From positions 2,476-66,475 of the forward strand of contig JAUYEG010000087.1 of NCBI GenBank assembly GCA_030691505.1: a DNA stretch of 64,000 nucleotides, given 5' to 3'. The position numbers and the translations under genes were made by a program. Source of the stretch: Bacillota bacterium. GTDB taxonomy: Bacteria > Bacillota > Sulfobacillia > JAUYEG01. Shown piece after piece: positions 53,644 to 64,000 of the stretch. The first letter of the stretch is position 1. Every line of letters begins with the position of its first letter. The notes beneath the pieces are model-generated. The model did not search any database and was not told the DNA's origin. It saw only the letters and a list, made by a program, of their open reading frames with translations.

Positions 53644-55839
53644 ATGCCAGTCACACACGAGGAAGTCGAACGCGTATACGCGGGGGCCATCAAGGACCCG
53701 GCCAAGGCTCCCGTCGGCCTGTTCAAGATGGCCTATGAAGGCGCCGTGATCGCCACCAGTTACGCCGAGATCCTGCTGAGCCAGGCCTTACGCCTGTACG
53801 GGCCGGACGCCGCGGTGGGGTACCCGGACACCGCCTACTACCTGCCGGTCATCACCGCCCTCTCCGGAGAGCAGGTCAAGAAGCTCGGCGAGCTGCCCGC
53901 GATCCTCAACCGCCTGCGGCACCAGATCAAGGAGCCGCTGACGTTCGAGAACGCGCGCCTGTGCGGCGAGGCCACGCTATACGCCGCGGAGATCATCGAG
54001 GCGCTTCATTATCTGGTCGGAGACGAGCCCAAGGTTGAGCCGTGGTCGGGCTTCCTTCCCGACCCGGTCGTTCGCCAGTACGGCATCAAGCTCGTCGACT
54101 GGACGATCCCTGGCCAGGCGGTCCTCCTTGGCCAGGCCAAGACGTCGGCCCACGCCAAGAAGCTCGTTCAAGAGCTGATGGGCATGGGGTTCATGATTTT
54201 CGCCTCAAACGAGATCATCGAGCAGCTGATCGAGGAGAACGTCAAGATCGGCATCGACTACATCGTGTTCCCGGTGGGCAACTTCACCCAGGTCATCCAC
54301 GCCGTCAATTACGCACTGCGGGCCGGCCTCGCCTTCGGCGGCATTCCGCCGGGGCGGCGGGCGGAAGCGCGCGACTACCAGCGGCGCCGGGTGCGGGCCT
54401 TTGTGCTGCAGCTGGGCGAGATCGACGAGGTTAAGGTCGCCGCCGAGTTTGGGGCGATGTTCCTGGGCTTCCCGACGGTTACCGACCAGGTGCTGCCCGA
54501 AGAACTGCAGTTGCCGGATTGGTACATGTCGCACCCGGACTATGACGACATAGTCCAGTACGCGATGGAGCTGCGCGGCATCAAATTAGCAAAGATCAAG
54601 ATCGATATCCCGCTCAACTTCGGCCCCTCCTTCGAGGGCGAGACGATCCGCCGTCCTGACGTGTACGTCGAAATCGGCGGCGGCCGGGGCCCGGCCTTCG
54701 AGCTCGTCCGCATGGTGGACCTGCAGCACATCCAGGACGGCAAGGTCGAGCTCATCGGACCCGACATCGACCAGTTCGAGGTCGGGTCGCAGGTGCCGCT
54801 GGCCACGATCGTGGAGATCTACGGCCGCAAGATGCAGGAGGACTTTGAAGGCGTCCTCGAGCGGCGCATTCACTACTTCACCAACTACGCCGAAGGCCTG
54901 TGGCACACGGCGCAGCGCGACCTGTGCTGGCTGCGCGTGAGCAAGGAGGCCGCAGCCAAAGGGTTTAGATTCCGACATTTCGGCGAGATACTGATCGCCA
55001 AGTTCAAAGAGGAGTTCCCGGCCATCGTGGACCGGGTCCAGGTACAGATCATCACCGACGAGTCGCTCGTGCTCCAGGAGATGAAAAAGGCCCGCGAGCG
55101 CTACCGGACTCGCGACAACCGCATGCGCGGCCTGACCGACGAGTCGGTTGAGGAGTTTTACTCCTGCCTGCTCTGCCAGTCGTTCGCGCCCAACCACCTC
55201 TGCATCATCACGCCGGAGCGCGTGGGGCTGTGCGGCGCGGTGACCTGGCTCGACGGAAAGGCGTCGTACGAGATCACGCCGACCGGCCCCAACCGGCCGA
55301 TTACCAAGGGCCCGGCGATAGACGACGTCCGCGGCATGTGGCAGAGCGTCAACGAGGCCCTGTACGTGGGGACCAACCGCAATCTCGAAGAGGTCAACCT
55401 GTACACTCTGATGGACAAGCCGATGACATCCTGCGGCTGCTTCGAGTCGATCATGGCCATTCTCCCGGAAACCAACGGGATCATGATCACGACGCGTGAG
55501 CACAAGGGGATGACCCCCTGCGGGATGACGTTCTCGACCCTCGCCGGCATGGTCGGCGGCGGCGTGCAGACTCCTGGGTTCATGGGCATCGGCAAGTCCT
55601 ACATTGTCAGTCGCAAATTCATCACCGCCGACGGGGGCCTCGGCCGCATCGTGTGGATGCCCAAGGGCCTCAAGGAGTTCTTGCGCGACGACATCATCGC
55701 CAGGTCCAAGGAATTGGGGCTCGGTGAGGACTTCATTGACAAGATCGCCGACGAGACGGTCGGCACCACTTCCGAGGAGATACTGCCGTTCCTGGAGGAA
55801 AAGGGGCACCCGGCGCTGGCCATGGCGGCGCTGATCTGA
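53644..55839 (+). CDS. acsB: acetyl-CoA synthase (CODH/ACS A-cluster subunit)
   Basis: 731 aa with the A-cluster Cys-Gly-Cys (TSCGCFE) and CLLCQSFAPNHLC motifs. Confidence 0.9.
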   Translation: MPVTHEEVERVYAGAIKDPAKAPVGLFKMAYEGAVIATSYAEILLSQALRLYGPDAAVGYPDTAYYLPVITALSGEQVKKLGELPAILNRLRHQIKEPLTFENARLCGEATLYAAEIIEALHYLVGDEPKVEPWSGFLPDPVVRQYGIKLVDWTIPGQAVLLGQAKTSAHAKKLVQELMGMGFMIFASNEIIEQLIEENVKIGIDYIVFPVGNFTQVIHAVNYALRAGLAFGGIPPGRRAEARDYQRRRVRAFVLQLGEIDEVKVAAEFGAMFLGFPTVTDQVLPEELQLPDWYMSHPDYDDIVQYAMELRGIKLAKIKIDIPLNFGPSFEGETIRRPDVYVEIGGGRGPAFELVRMVDLQHIQDGKVELIGPDIDQFEVGSQVPLATIVEIYGRKMQEDFEGVLERRIHYFTNYAEGLWHTAQRDLCWLRVSKEAAAKGFRFRHFGEILIAKFKEEFPAIVDRVQVQIITDESLVLQEMKKARERYRTRDNRMRGLTDESVEEFYSCLLCQSFAPNHLCIITPERVGLCGAVTWLDGKASYEITPTGPNRPITKGPAIDDVRGMWQSVNEALYVGTNRNLEEVNLYTLMDKPMTSCGCFESIMAILPETNGIMITTREHKGMTPCGMTFSTLAGMVGGGVQTPGFMGIGKSYIVSRKFITADGGLGRIVWMPKGLKEFLRDDIIARSKELGLGEDFIDKIADETVGTTSEEILPFLEEKGHPALAMAALI

Positions 55840-55856
55840 GACATCGTCCCGTTGGA

Positions 55857-55882
55857 GCCCCGCCCGCCAGGACGGGCGGGGC
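55857..55882 (+). other. intercistronic GC hairpin (CCCCGCCCG-ccagga-CGGGCGGGG) between acsB and acsC
   Basis: Perfect 9-bp stem read directly. No U-tract. Confidence 0.5.
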
Positions 55883-55942
55883 CGCGGCGGGGCCTGCCGA
55901 GAGGTCACGCAAGACGTTTGCGGAGGAGGCTGATTTGTTCCG

Positions 55943-57298
55943 ATGGGTCTGAGCGGTCTGGACATCTTTAAGCAACTCCCCAAGACCAACTGCAAGGAAT
56001 GCGGTCTGCCGACCTGCCTGGCGTTGGCCATGGCCCTTGCCTCGGGCAAGGCGTCCCTGGAGAAATGCCCGCACGTTTCCGACGCCGCCAAGGCGGCGCT
56101 GGGAGCGGCCGCCGCGCCGCCGATCAAGCTGGTGGCAATCGGCGCAGGCGAGGCCAAAGTCGAAATCGGCGACGAAACTGTGATCTACCGCCACGACAAG
56201 ACCTTTCTCCATCCGACCGGGGTCGCCGTCGACCTGCCCGCCACGCTCCCGGACGACGAGCTGGCCGCCCGCGCGGCCAAGATTGACGCCATGGTTCTGG
56301 AGCGCGTGGGACTGCACTATCGCCCTGACATGCTGGCGGTCAGCCAGAGGTCCGCGAGCGCCCAGCGGTTTGTTGAGGCCGTGGGCATCGTCGCCCGGAG
56401 CAGCCGCCGCCCGATGGTTTTGATCTCGTCCGACGCCGAGGCCATGAAGGCCGCGGCAGCCGCGGCGGGGCGGCCGCGCTGCCTGCTCGCCGGGGCCGAC
56501 AAGAACAACTACGAGGCCATGGCCGCGCTGGCCACGGCCGCCAACTGCCCGCTGGTCGTCAAGGGTGACGACCTGGACAGCCTGGCCGACCTGGCGCAAA
56601 GAGCCGCCGGTCTTGGTGTCAAGGACATCGTCCTCGACAGCGGCGCCAGGCAAACCAGCCGCGTGCTTGCCGACCTTACGCAGATGCGCCGTCTCTCCAT
56701 CACCCGCCGGTTCCGCCCGCTGGGCTACCCGACGGTTGCCTTCACAACCGAGCAATCGCCGCGGGCTGCCGCCGTTCAGGCCGGGCTTTACATCGGCAAG
56801 TACGCGAGCATGGTCGTGCTGCCGCTGACAGAGCCTCACCATCTGCTTCCGGTGCTGGCGTGGCGCGGCAACGTCTATACCGATCCGCAGAAGCCGATCC
56901 AGGTCGAGGCCAAAGTAAACGCCGTCGGCGCGGTCAATCCGGAGTCGCCGGTGTACGTGACGACCAACTTCTCCCTCACCTACTTTACGGTCGAGGGCGA
57001 GGTTACCGCGTCCAAGGTCCCGTCGTACATCCTGCCGGTCGACACGGAGGGCACCTCGGTGCTCACCGCGTGGGCGTCAGGCAAGTTCTCGGCCGAATCG
57101 ATCGCCGCGGCGCTCAAGAAATCCAACATGGAGGAAATTGTCGGTCACAAGACGCTCGTTCTTCCGGGGTTTGTCGCGGTGCTGTCCGGCAAGCTGCAGG
57201 AGCTGTCCGGCTGGAAAGTGCTGGTCGGTCCGCGGGAGGCGGCCGGCATCCCGGCCTTCGCCAAGTCGCGGTTCGGCAACCTGGCGGCCGACGACTAA
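55943..57298 (+). CDS. acsC: corrinoid iron-sulfur protein large subunit
   Basis: N-terminal 4Fe-4S motif CKECGLPTC and a TIM-barrel/B12-binding architecture. Confidence 0.9.
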   Translation: MGLSGLDIFKQLPKTNCKECGLPTCLALAMALASGKASLEKCPHVSDAAKAALGAAAAPPIKLVAIGAGEAKVEIGDETVIYRHDKTFLHPTGVAVDLPATLPDDELAARAAKIDAMVLERVGLHYRPDMLAVSQRSASAQRFVEAVGIVARSSRRPMVLISSDAEAMKAAAAAAGRPRCLLAGADKNNYEAMAALATAANCPLVVKGDDLDSLADLAQRAAGLGVKDIVLDSGARQTSRVLADLTQMRRLSITRRFRPLGYPTVAFTTEQSPRAAAVQAGLYIGKYASMVVLPLTEPHHLLPVLAWRGNVYTDPQKPIQVEAKVNAVGAVNPESPVYVTTNFSLTYFTVEGEVTASKVPSYILPVDTEGTSVLTAWASGKFSAESIAAALKKSNMEEIVGHKTLVLPGFVAVLSGKLQELSGWKVLVGPREAAGIPAFAKSRFGNLAADD

Positions 57299-57360
57299 GG
57301 CGGGCCGGGCTGCCCCCGGGCAGCGCCCGGGGAGGCACGCTCTCGAACGTTGGAGGCTTG

Positions 57361-59325
57361 ATGTTGAGCAAAGACGCTGGCGTGTTCAAGGTGAGCTTCT
57401 GGCCCGACGGCCTCGCGGTCGATGTGGGTCGAGGCACCCTGTTGTCCGATGCGGCGGCCGCCGCGGGAATTGAGCTCAAGAGTTCGTGCGGCGGCCAGGG
57501 CACGTGCGGCATGTGCGCGGTCAAAGTGCGACGCGGACAGACCGAACAGGCCGAGGCGCGGTTTCCGGCCCGGCTGCGCGCCCTGGGCTACGTTCCCGCG
57601 TGTCAGACCAGGGTGCTTGGCGACGTCGAAATCGAGGTGCCTGCCACATCACGCCTGGGAAGGCATGACGTGCTGCTCGACGGCCCCGGCGGCGGCGCCG
57701 TACTGGCCGAACAGCAGGCCGAGGACCTTGACGGCTATTCTTTCCGTCCTCTTGGCTTCCGGGTGCTGGTCCAGGTGGCGCCTCCGACGGTCGAGGGCAA
57801 CGCCGACGATTGGAGCCGGCTGGTCACCGCGGTACGGCCTCATCTGCCCGGCCCGCCCAAGTGCGGGGCCGGGAGCGGGGCCGGGGGCGACCGGATGCTG
57901 TCGGCGTCGCTCGGCGTGCTCGCCGCGTTGCCCGGCGCGTTGCGCGCAAAAAACTGGCGCGTGGCGGTCTATGGCCTGGACCTGCCCTGCGGGTTCGAGA
58001 TTATCCGCGTCGTCCCCCAGGACGGCGCCCCGCCCCCGCTCGGCCTGGCCATAGATATCGGCACGACGACGGTCGTGGTCCACCTGACGGACCTTGAGAA
58101 GGGTTCGGTGCTGGCGCGGGCGGGCAGCCACAACCGTCAGGCGCGATACGGTGACGATGTGATCACCCGGATCATCCACAGCGTCGAGCATCCCGACGGC
58201 GCCGGGGAGCTCCGCCGGGCGGTGCAGGGTACCATCAACGACCTGATCGCCCAGACGCTCGCCGGGACCGGCTGGACCGAACCGGACATCCTGTGCGCCG
58301 TCGTCGCGGGCAACACAACGATGCAGCACCTATTCCTGGGGCTGCCGGCCAACCAGATCCGGCTCGAGCCGTACGTCCCGGTTGCCGGCGAGTATCCCGC
58401 TCTGCCTGCCAGCCAGCTGGGCATCACCATCCACCGGGAGGGCAGGGTCCTGATGATGCCCGCCATGTCCAGTTACGTGGGTGGGGACATCACGGCCGGA
58501 CTGCTGGTGGCAGGGCTCGACACCCAGGATGACCTGGCTCTTTTTATTGACATCGGGACCAACGGCGAAATGGTCCTCGGCAACCGCGATTGGCTCGTCG
58601 CCTGCGCCTGCTCCGCCGGCCCCTGCTTCGAGGGCGGCGGCATCACCGCCGGGATGCGGGCCGTGGATGGGGCGATTGAGGCCCTCGCCGTCGACCCGGC
58701 GACCCTGGAGGTCACTGCGCTAACGATCGGCGGAGGGCTGCCGGCCGGCGTCTGCGGGTCGGGTCTGATCGATTGCCTGTCGCAGTTGCGTTTGGCCGGG
58801 GTTATCGACCGCGCGGGGACGTTCCACCATGAAGGCGACGGTGGGTCGCCGCGCCGGCGCGAAACTCCCGACGGCCCCGAGTTTGTGCTGGTGTGGGCCG
58901 CCGAGAGTGCCTCGGGCCGCGACGTGGTGATCTCCGAGGCTGACGTCAAGAATCTCGTCCGGGCCAAGGGGGCCGTGTTCGCCGGCGTGCGCGCACTGCT
59001 TGCCTCTCTGGAGTCGGACATCGATGCCGTGAGCCGGATCGACATAGCCGGGGGTTTCGGCAGCGCACTTAATATCGAGGACGCCGTGCGTATAGGCATG
59101 CTGCCGGACGTGCCCCGCGAGCGGTACCGTTTCCTGGGCAATACGTCCGTCAAGGGCGCGCGCCTTGCGCTTCTCTCCCAGCCGGCCTTTCAGCATGCGC
59201 TGGAGCTAGCACGTTCAGTCACCGTGGTCGAGCTGTCCGTCGGCAACCGGTTCATGGAGGAGTACGTTTCGGCCCTGTTTCTGCCGCATACCGACCTGAG
59301 CCTGTTCCCATCGGTCAGGGAGTAA
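57361..59325 (+). CDS. reductive activator of corrinoid Fe-S protein (RACo-like): 2Fe-2S ferredoxin + ASKHA ATPase
   Basis: CGGQGTCGMC plant-type ferredoxin motif, then an ASKHA-fold region. GGAGG RBS lies upstream of ATG 57361. The track start at 56860 is an extension. Confidence 0.8.
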   Translation: MLSKDAGVFKVSFWPDGLAVDVGRGTLLSDAAAAAGIELKSSCGGQGTCGMCAVKVRRGQTEQAEARFPARLRALGYVPACQTRVLGDVEIEVPATSRLGRHDVLLDGPGGGAVLAEQQAEDLDGYSFRPLGFRVLVQVAPPTVEGNADDWSRLVTAVRPHLPGPPKCGAGSGAGGDRMLSASLGVLAALPGALRAKNWRVAVYGLDLPCGFEIIRVVPQDGAPPPLGLAIDIGTTTVVVHLTDLEKGSVLARAGSHNRQARYGDDVITRIIHSVEHPDGAGELRRAVQGTINDLIAQTLAGTGWTEPDILCAVVAGNTTMQHLFLGLPANQIRLEPYVPVAGEYPALPASQLGITIHREGRVLMMPAMSSYVGGDITAGLLVAGLDTQDDLALFIDIGTNGEMVLGNRDWLVACACSAGPCFEGGGITAGMRAVDGAIEALAVDPATLEVTALTIGGGLPAGVCGSGLIDCLSQLRLAGVIDRAGTFHHEGDGGSPRRRETPDGPEFVLVWAAESASGRDVVISEADVKNLVRAKGAVFAGVRALLASLESDIDAVSRIDIAGGFGSALNIEDAVRIGMLPDVPRERYRFLGNTSVKGARLALLSQPAFQHALELARSVTVVELSVGNRFMEEYVSALFLPHTDLSLFPSVRE

Positions 59326-59402
59326 GAGAGGCGGGCCACAGCAGGTATTTATCAGGCGGTCAGGGCGGAGGATGCCCCGGGTCCGCCAAAACGGAGGCCC
59401 CG

Positions 59403-60161
59403 ATGCCAAAGTACATCGCAGTAGCGGGCAAGGGTGGGACAGGCAAGACCACCGTCGCAGCCAACCTGGTTCGTTACCTCGCCGGGCGCGAGGACGGTCG
59501 GTCGGTCCTGGCTATCGACGCCGACCCCAACTCCAACTTCGGCGAGGCGTTGGGGCTCGCGCCTCGCGGCACCATTGCCGACGTGCTCGAGGAAACCAAG
59601 CAGACCAAGGAACTGCCGGCAGGCATGACCCGGCAGGGCTGGATTCAGTACCGCCTCAGCCAGCTGGTGGAGGAAAGCGATCGCTTTGACCTCCTGACCA
59701 TGGGCACTCCTGAGGGGCCGGGATGCTACTGCTACCCGAACGACCTGCTCCGCGGGCACCTATCAGCGCTTGGAGCCAACTACGGATACGTCGTGATCGA
59801 CAACGAGGCCGGGCTGGAGCACCTCAGCCGGCGCGTTGAGCAGGAGATCGATGTGCTGCTGGTGGTCACCGACCCGACCGCGCGCGGGGTGCGCTCGGCC
59901 GGACGGGTGACCGAAATCATCCGCAATCTCAAGACCAAGGTGTCCGACTCATATCTGATTGTCAACCGGGCGACCAGCGGCGGAGATCTGGCGGCTCTGG
60001 ACGGAGAGATCGAGCGCACCGGCCTGAAAGTCGCCGGCACCATCCCGGAGGATCCGGCGATCCGGGAGTACGACCTGCGCGGCACGCCGCTTACCGAACT
60101 GCCGGTCGACGGGCCGGCGGTGCGTGCCATGCGCGAGTTGTTCGCCCGTTTGCCCCTATAG
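59403..60161 (+). CDS. ACS nickel-insertion accessory ATPase (CooC-family, AcsF-like)
   Basis: [10 protein letters not shown]-loop and CYCYPN motif. Confidence 0.85.
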   Translation: MPKYIAVAGKGGTGKTTVAANLVRYLAGREDGRSVLAIDADPNSNFGEALGLAPRGTIADVLEETKQTKELPAGMTRQGWIQYRLSQLVEESDRFDLLTMGTPEGPGCYCYPNDLLRGHLSALGANYGYVVIDNEAGLEHLSRRVEQEIDVLLVVTDPTARGVRSAGRVTEIIRNLKTKVSDSYLIVNRATSGGDLAALDGEIERTGLKVAGTIPEDPAIREYDLRGTPLTELPVDGPAVRAMRELFARLPL

Positions 60162-60219
60162 GGCTTCCAGACCGCGGGCTGCGCCGCTCGCGTTCGTTTC
60201 AGCGAAAGGAGACTTGCCG

Positions 60220-61188
60220 ATGCCAGTCGGGATTCAGAAGGAGAGGTATTCAAGCAAGGTAGGGACGGTGACCCTCGGGGCCCTGCCCGAAAGCGGGGGC
60301 ACCCGGACCAGGACGGTCACGGTCGGCGGCGACTCGACGATGCCGTTCCTGCATTTCGAGGGCGAGATGCCCAACCGCGCGGCCGTTGCCTTCGAGGTGC
60401 CGGACATCGCCCCGCCCTGGGATGAGTCGCTCAAGCGTTTCTGGGGCGATGTATGGGGCGATCCCGCCGCCTGGGCCCGCAAAGCCGTCGAGGAGCACGG
60501 CGCGGACCTGATTTGCCTCAAGCTGCTGAGCCCGGATCCCGATTTGGGCGGTACGGGCCCCGAGCAGTGCGCTGAGGTCACCCGTGCGGTCCTTGGGGCC
60601 GTCGGCGTGCCCCTGATTGTGATCGGGTGCGGCATCGCGGACATCGACAACGTGGTCATGCCGGCTGTCGCCGAGGCCGGGGCGGGGGAGAACCTGCTGC
60701 TCGGGACGGCCACGCAGGACAACTACAAGACCCTGACGGCCGCCTGCATGGTCCATAAACACAACATCGTCGCCCTGTCGCCGATCGACATCAACATCTG
60801 CAAGCAGCTCAATATCCTCATCAACGAGATGAACCTGCCCCTCGAGCGGATCATCATCGATCCGACGGTCGGCGCCCTCGGCTACGGGATCGAGTACACC
60901 TACTCGATCATGGAGCGCATCCGGCTCGGAACCCTGCAGGGGGACCGCATGCTCTCGATGCCCGTGATCTGCAACATCGGCTACGAGGCCTGGCGCGCCA
61001 AGGAAACCAAGGCCCCGGCGGAGGATTTCCCCGGCTGGGGCGACGCCATCGAACGCGGCACGCTGTGGGAGGCCATGACCGCAACCCTGTTCCTGCAGGC
61101 CGGCGGGCACATTTTCGTGATGCGCAACCCCGAGGCGGTGGGCCTCTTGCGGGGGCACATCGACCAGTTGATGGTCAGCAACAGGTAG
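60220..61188 (+). CDS. acsD: corrinoid iron-sulfur protein small subunit
   Basis: CFeSP delta TIM-barrel. AAAGGAG RBS lies upstream of ATG 60220. Confidence 0.85.
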   Translation: MPVGIQKERYSSKVGTVTLGALPESGGTRTRTVTVGGDSTMPFLHFEGEMPNRAAVAFEVPDIAPPWDESLKRFWGDVWGDPAAWARKAVEEHGADLICLKLLSPDPDLGGTGPEQCAEVTRAVLGAVGVPLIVIGCGIADIDNVVMPAVAEAGAGENLLLGTATQDNYKTLTAACMVHKHNIVALSPIDINICKQLNILINEMNLPLERIIIDPTVGALGYGIEYTYSIMERIRLGTLQGDRMLSMPVICNIGYEAWRAKETKAPAEDFPGWGDAIERGTLWEAMTATLFLQAGGHIFVMRNPEAVGLLRGHIDQLMVSNR

Positions 61189-62061
<873 letters not shown>

Positions 62062-62688
62062 ATGAGCGGGGCCGAGCAGGCCACGGCCCCCGGCAGCGCG
62101 GCGACGACGATCCTGCCCGAAGGCCGCCTGGCCGCTGAGGTCGAGGCCGCCACGGGCGAACCGGTCAACCGGTGCTTTGGCTGTAAGAAGTGCACCGGCG
62201 GCTGCCCGGTGTCGATGCACATGGATCTGGTCCCGCACCGCGTCATCCGCCTGATCCAGCTGGGACAGCGGGAGACGGTGCTTAATTCGTCGACCGTATG
62301 GATCTGTGCCTCGTGCCGCGCCTGTGAGGCCCGCTGCCCCAACGACATCAACATCGCGCACGTCATGGACTACCTCAAGGGCCGGATTCTCGCCGCGGGC
62401 GGGCGGGTGGCCGAGAGCAAGGTGTACGATTTCCACCGATCGTTCCTCAACACGGTCGGCCTTTACGGGCGTGCGCATGAGATCACCATGATCGGCATGT
62501 ACAAGATGCGCAGCCGCACGTACTTTGATGACCTGGCCATGGGCGGGAGGATGCTGGCGCGCGGCAGGCTTCCGATCTTGCCGGAGATAATCCGCGGGCG
62601 CGGGCAGATCCGCCGTATCTTCCGCCGCGCCGCCGAGCTTGCCCGCTCGGGGCGGGCGGGCGGCGAGGGAACGGGGGATCGCCGATGA
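62062..62688 (+). CDS. hdrC: heterodisulfide-reductase subunit C-like 2x[4Fe-4S] protein
   Basis: CFGCKKCTGGCP and CASCRACEARCP motifs. Confidence 0.75.
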   Translation: MSGAEQATAPGSAATTILPEGRLAAEVEAATGEPVNRCFGCKKCTGGCPVSMHMDLVPHRVIRLIQLGQRETVLNSSTVWICASCRACEARCPNDINIAHVMDYLKGRILAAGGRVAESKVYDFHRSFLNTVGLYGRAHEITMIGMYKMRSRTYFDDLAMGGRMLARGRLPILPEIIRGRGQIRRIFRRAAELARSGRAGGEGTGDRR

Positions 62689-63626
62689 AGCTGAGCTTCT
62701 TTCCGGGATGCTCATTCTGCGGCACGGCCAAGGAGTACGGAGAGTCGACCCTGGCCGTCATGTCGGTCTTGGGTCATGAGTTCCGAGAGATTCCCGACTG
62801 GAACTGCTGCGGCGCGTCCAGCGCCCACGCGCTGGACAGCAACCTGCAGTATCTCCTTCCCCTGCGAAACCTGGTGCTGGCCGAGGCAATGGACTTGGAC
62901 GCCTCGACCAGCTCCTGCAGTGCCTGCTACAACGCCTGCAAGCTGGCGGAGCAGCATATTCTCGCCGGCGGTCCGCACGCCGAAGCCCTGAACCGCGAAA
63001 TCGAGAGCATTCTCGGCCGGCGGTTCGAGGGACGGCAGCGGTTCCTGCACCCGCTGCAGGTACTGAGCCGGCCCGAAGAGCTCAAGAAGATCCGCTCGAG
63101 GGTGGTCCGCCCGCTCGAGGGTCTCAAGGTTGTCACGTACTACGGCTGCTACCTGTCAAGGCCGCCCGAGGTCGTGGCTTTCGAGTCGCCGGAGCAGCCG
63201 ACGAGTATGGACGAGGTCTGCGCCGCAACCGGTGCGGAGGTCCGGCGCTGGTCATGGAAAGTGGAGTGCTGCGGCGCCAGCCTGACCATGCCCCGGGCGG
63301 AGATCGTCGAAGGGCTTGTCGACCGGCTGCTGTCCGAAGCCCTGCACGCCGGGGCCGACGCGCTGGTCACGCCCTGCCCGATGTGCCTTGCCAACTTGGA
63401 TTCGCGCCAGGGCGCGCGCCTTGCCCGCAAGGAGCCGCCGGTGCCGGTCTTTTATTTCACGGAACTGATGGCCATGGCTTTCGGCCTGCCGCGGGTCAAC
63501 CGCTGGCTGCGCAAGCGGCTGGTCACTCCGGCTCCGCTGCTGCAGCGTCTTGGTCTTTCCGGTTCGATCGTGCAGACCGGCCGCGCCGCCGCCGGCGGGG
63601 GGAGGCAGCGGAGATGGCCGTCATGA
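62685..63626 (+). CDS. hdrB: heterodisulfide-reductase subunit B-like protein (two CCG domains)
   Basis: NCCGAS and ECCGAS CCG motifs, plus CPMC. Confidence 0.8.
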   Translation: MKLSFFPGCSFCGTAKEYGESTLAVMSVLGHEFREIPDWNCCGASSAHALDSNLQYLLPLRNLVLAEAMDLDASTSSCSACYNACKLAEQHILAGGPHAEALNREIESILGRRFEGRQRFLHPLQVLSRPEELKKIRSRVVRPLEGLKVVTYYGCYLSRPPEVVAFESPEQPTSMDEVCAATGAEVRRWSWKVECCGASLTMPRAEIVEGLVDRLLSEALHAGADALVTPCPMCLANLDSRQGARLARKEPPVPVFYFTELMAMAFGLPRVNRWLRKRLVTPAPLLQRLGLSGSIVQTGRAAAGGGRQRRWPS

Positions 63627-64000
63627 GACAGCCCGTCGAGGATCCCAAACCCGAAACGCCGGCCGCAACACAGGCAGTCGCGCCTGCCGCCGCCCGCACC
63701 GGGGCCGTGATGGTCCTCGGCGCCGGCATCGGCGGCATGCAATCAGCGCTCGATCTGGCAAATGCGGGTTTCCTCGTGCACCTCGTCACTTCCGACTCAT
63801 CCATCGGCGGAAAGATGACGCAGCTCGACAAGACCTTTCCCACCAACGAGTGCGCGATGTGCCTTCTGGGGCCCAGGATGAGCGATTGCCGCAGCCACCC
63901 CAACATCGTCATCCACACGGTGACGACCCTGGAGGAAGTGGCCGGTCTGCCCGGGGATTTCACCGTGCGCGTGCGCCATAACCCCCGCTACGTGGATGCC
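63614..64000 (+). CDS. hdrA: heterodisulfide-reductase subunit A-like flavoprotein, N-terminal fragment (runs off the window end)
   Basis: GGAGG RBS. VMVLGAGIGGMQSALDLANAGF FAD motif and NECAMC Fe-S region. No stop before the window end. Confidence 0.7.
   Translation, partial: MAVMRQPVEDPKPETPAATQAVAPAAARTGAVMVLGAGIGGMQSALDLANAGFLVHLVTSDSSIGGKMTQLDKTFPTNECAMCLLGPRMSDCRSHPNIVIHTVTTLEEVAGLPGDFTVRVRHNPRYVDA

Noticed and set aside
56860-57360. 5' extension of the RACo ORF (821-aa call)
   Set aside because: It overlaps acsC in another frame. A GGAGG RBS plus ATG at 57361 starts the ferredoxin domain.

Overview
This 64-kb window comes from a high-G+C genome (roughly two-thirds G+C by eye, not computed). 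The organism looks like an anaerobic, endospore-forming Clostridia-like bacterium. This is inferred from the Moorella-type acs operon order plus several CotS-family spore-coat genes. Coding is dense on both strands, with many GTG/TTG starts and frequent 1-4 nt start/stop overlaps (ATGA, TTGA). Many long antisense or out-of-frame ORFs in the six-frame track are high-GC artefacts.

Content in order:
- 1-7.7 kb: a ferritin-like gene fragment, fabD-acpP-fabF, a thioredoxin, pdp, a LysM wall protein, a GNAT acetyltransferase and pyrF.
- 7.9-24.1 kb: a ~16-kb spore-surface glycosylation island with ManB/ManC, a degenerate ABC-ATPase fusion, three GT4 glycosyltransferases, four CotS-like kinases and a GDP-heptose pathway (hddC, hddA, gmhA-gmhB fusion).
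- 24.1-28.2 kb: a NUDIX-like protein, an M42 peptidase, a histidine phosphatase, a 57-aa 2x[4Fe-4S] ferredoxin missing from the ORF track, and a LysM-containing polysaccharide deacetylase.
- 28.3-33.6 kb: the most unusual locus, made of a LarA-like racemase homolog, a Ddl-family ATP-grasp ligase, a B12-domain-fused glutamate-mutase-E-like protein and an opine-type dehydrogenase.
- 33.6-34.8 kb: a 1.1-kb non-coding gap.
- 34.8-49.8 kb: a 1360-aa GAF/PAS/HD-GYP/GGDEF c-di-GMP protein, H+-PPase, MarR, a methyltransferase, lgt, an orphan pilT, a NusG-II protein, a MoxR-VWA pair, fixCX and an HD protein.
- 50.0-64.0 kb: a complete Wood-Ljungdahl carbonyl-branch cluster, DUF3786-cooC-acsA-acsB-acsC-RACo-cooC2-acsD-acsE-hdrC-hdrB-hdrA (truncated at the window end).

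No rRNA, tRNA, CRISPR array or transposase was recognised. Coordinates I derived by hand may be off by 1-3 nt. At about 17.47-17.67 kb my manual base count disagreed with the ORF-track coordinates by one base.
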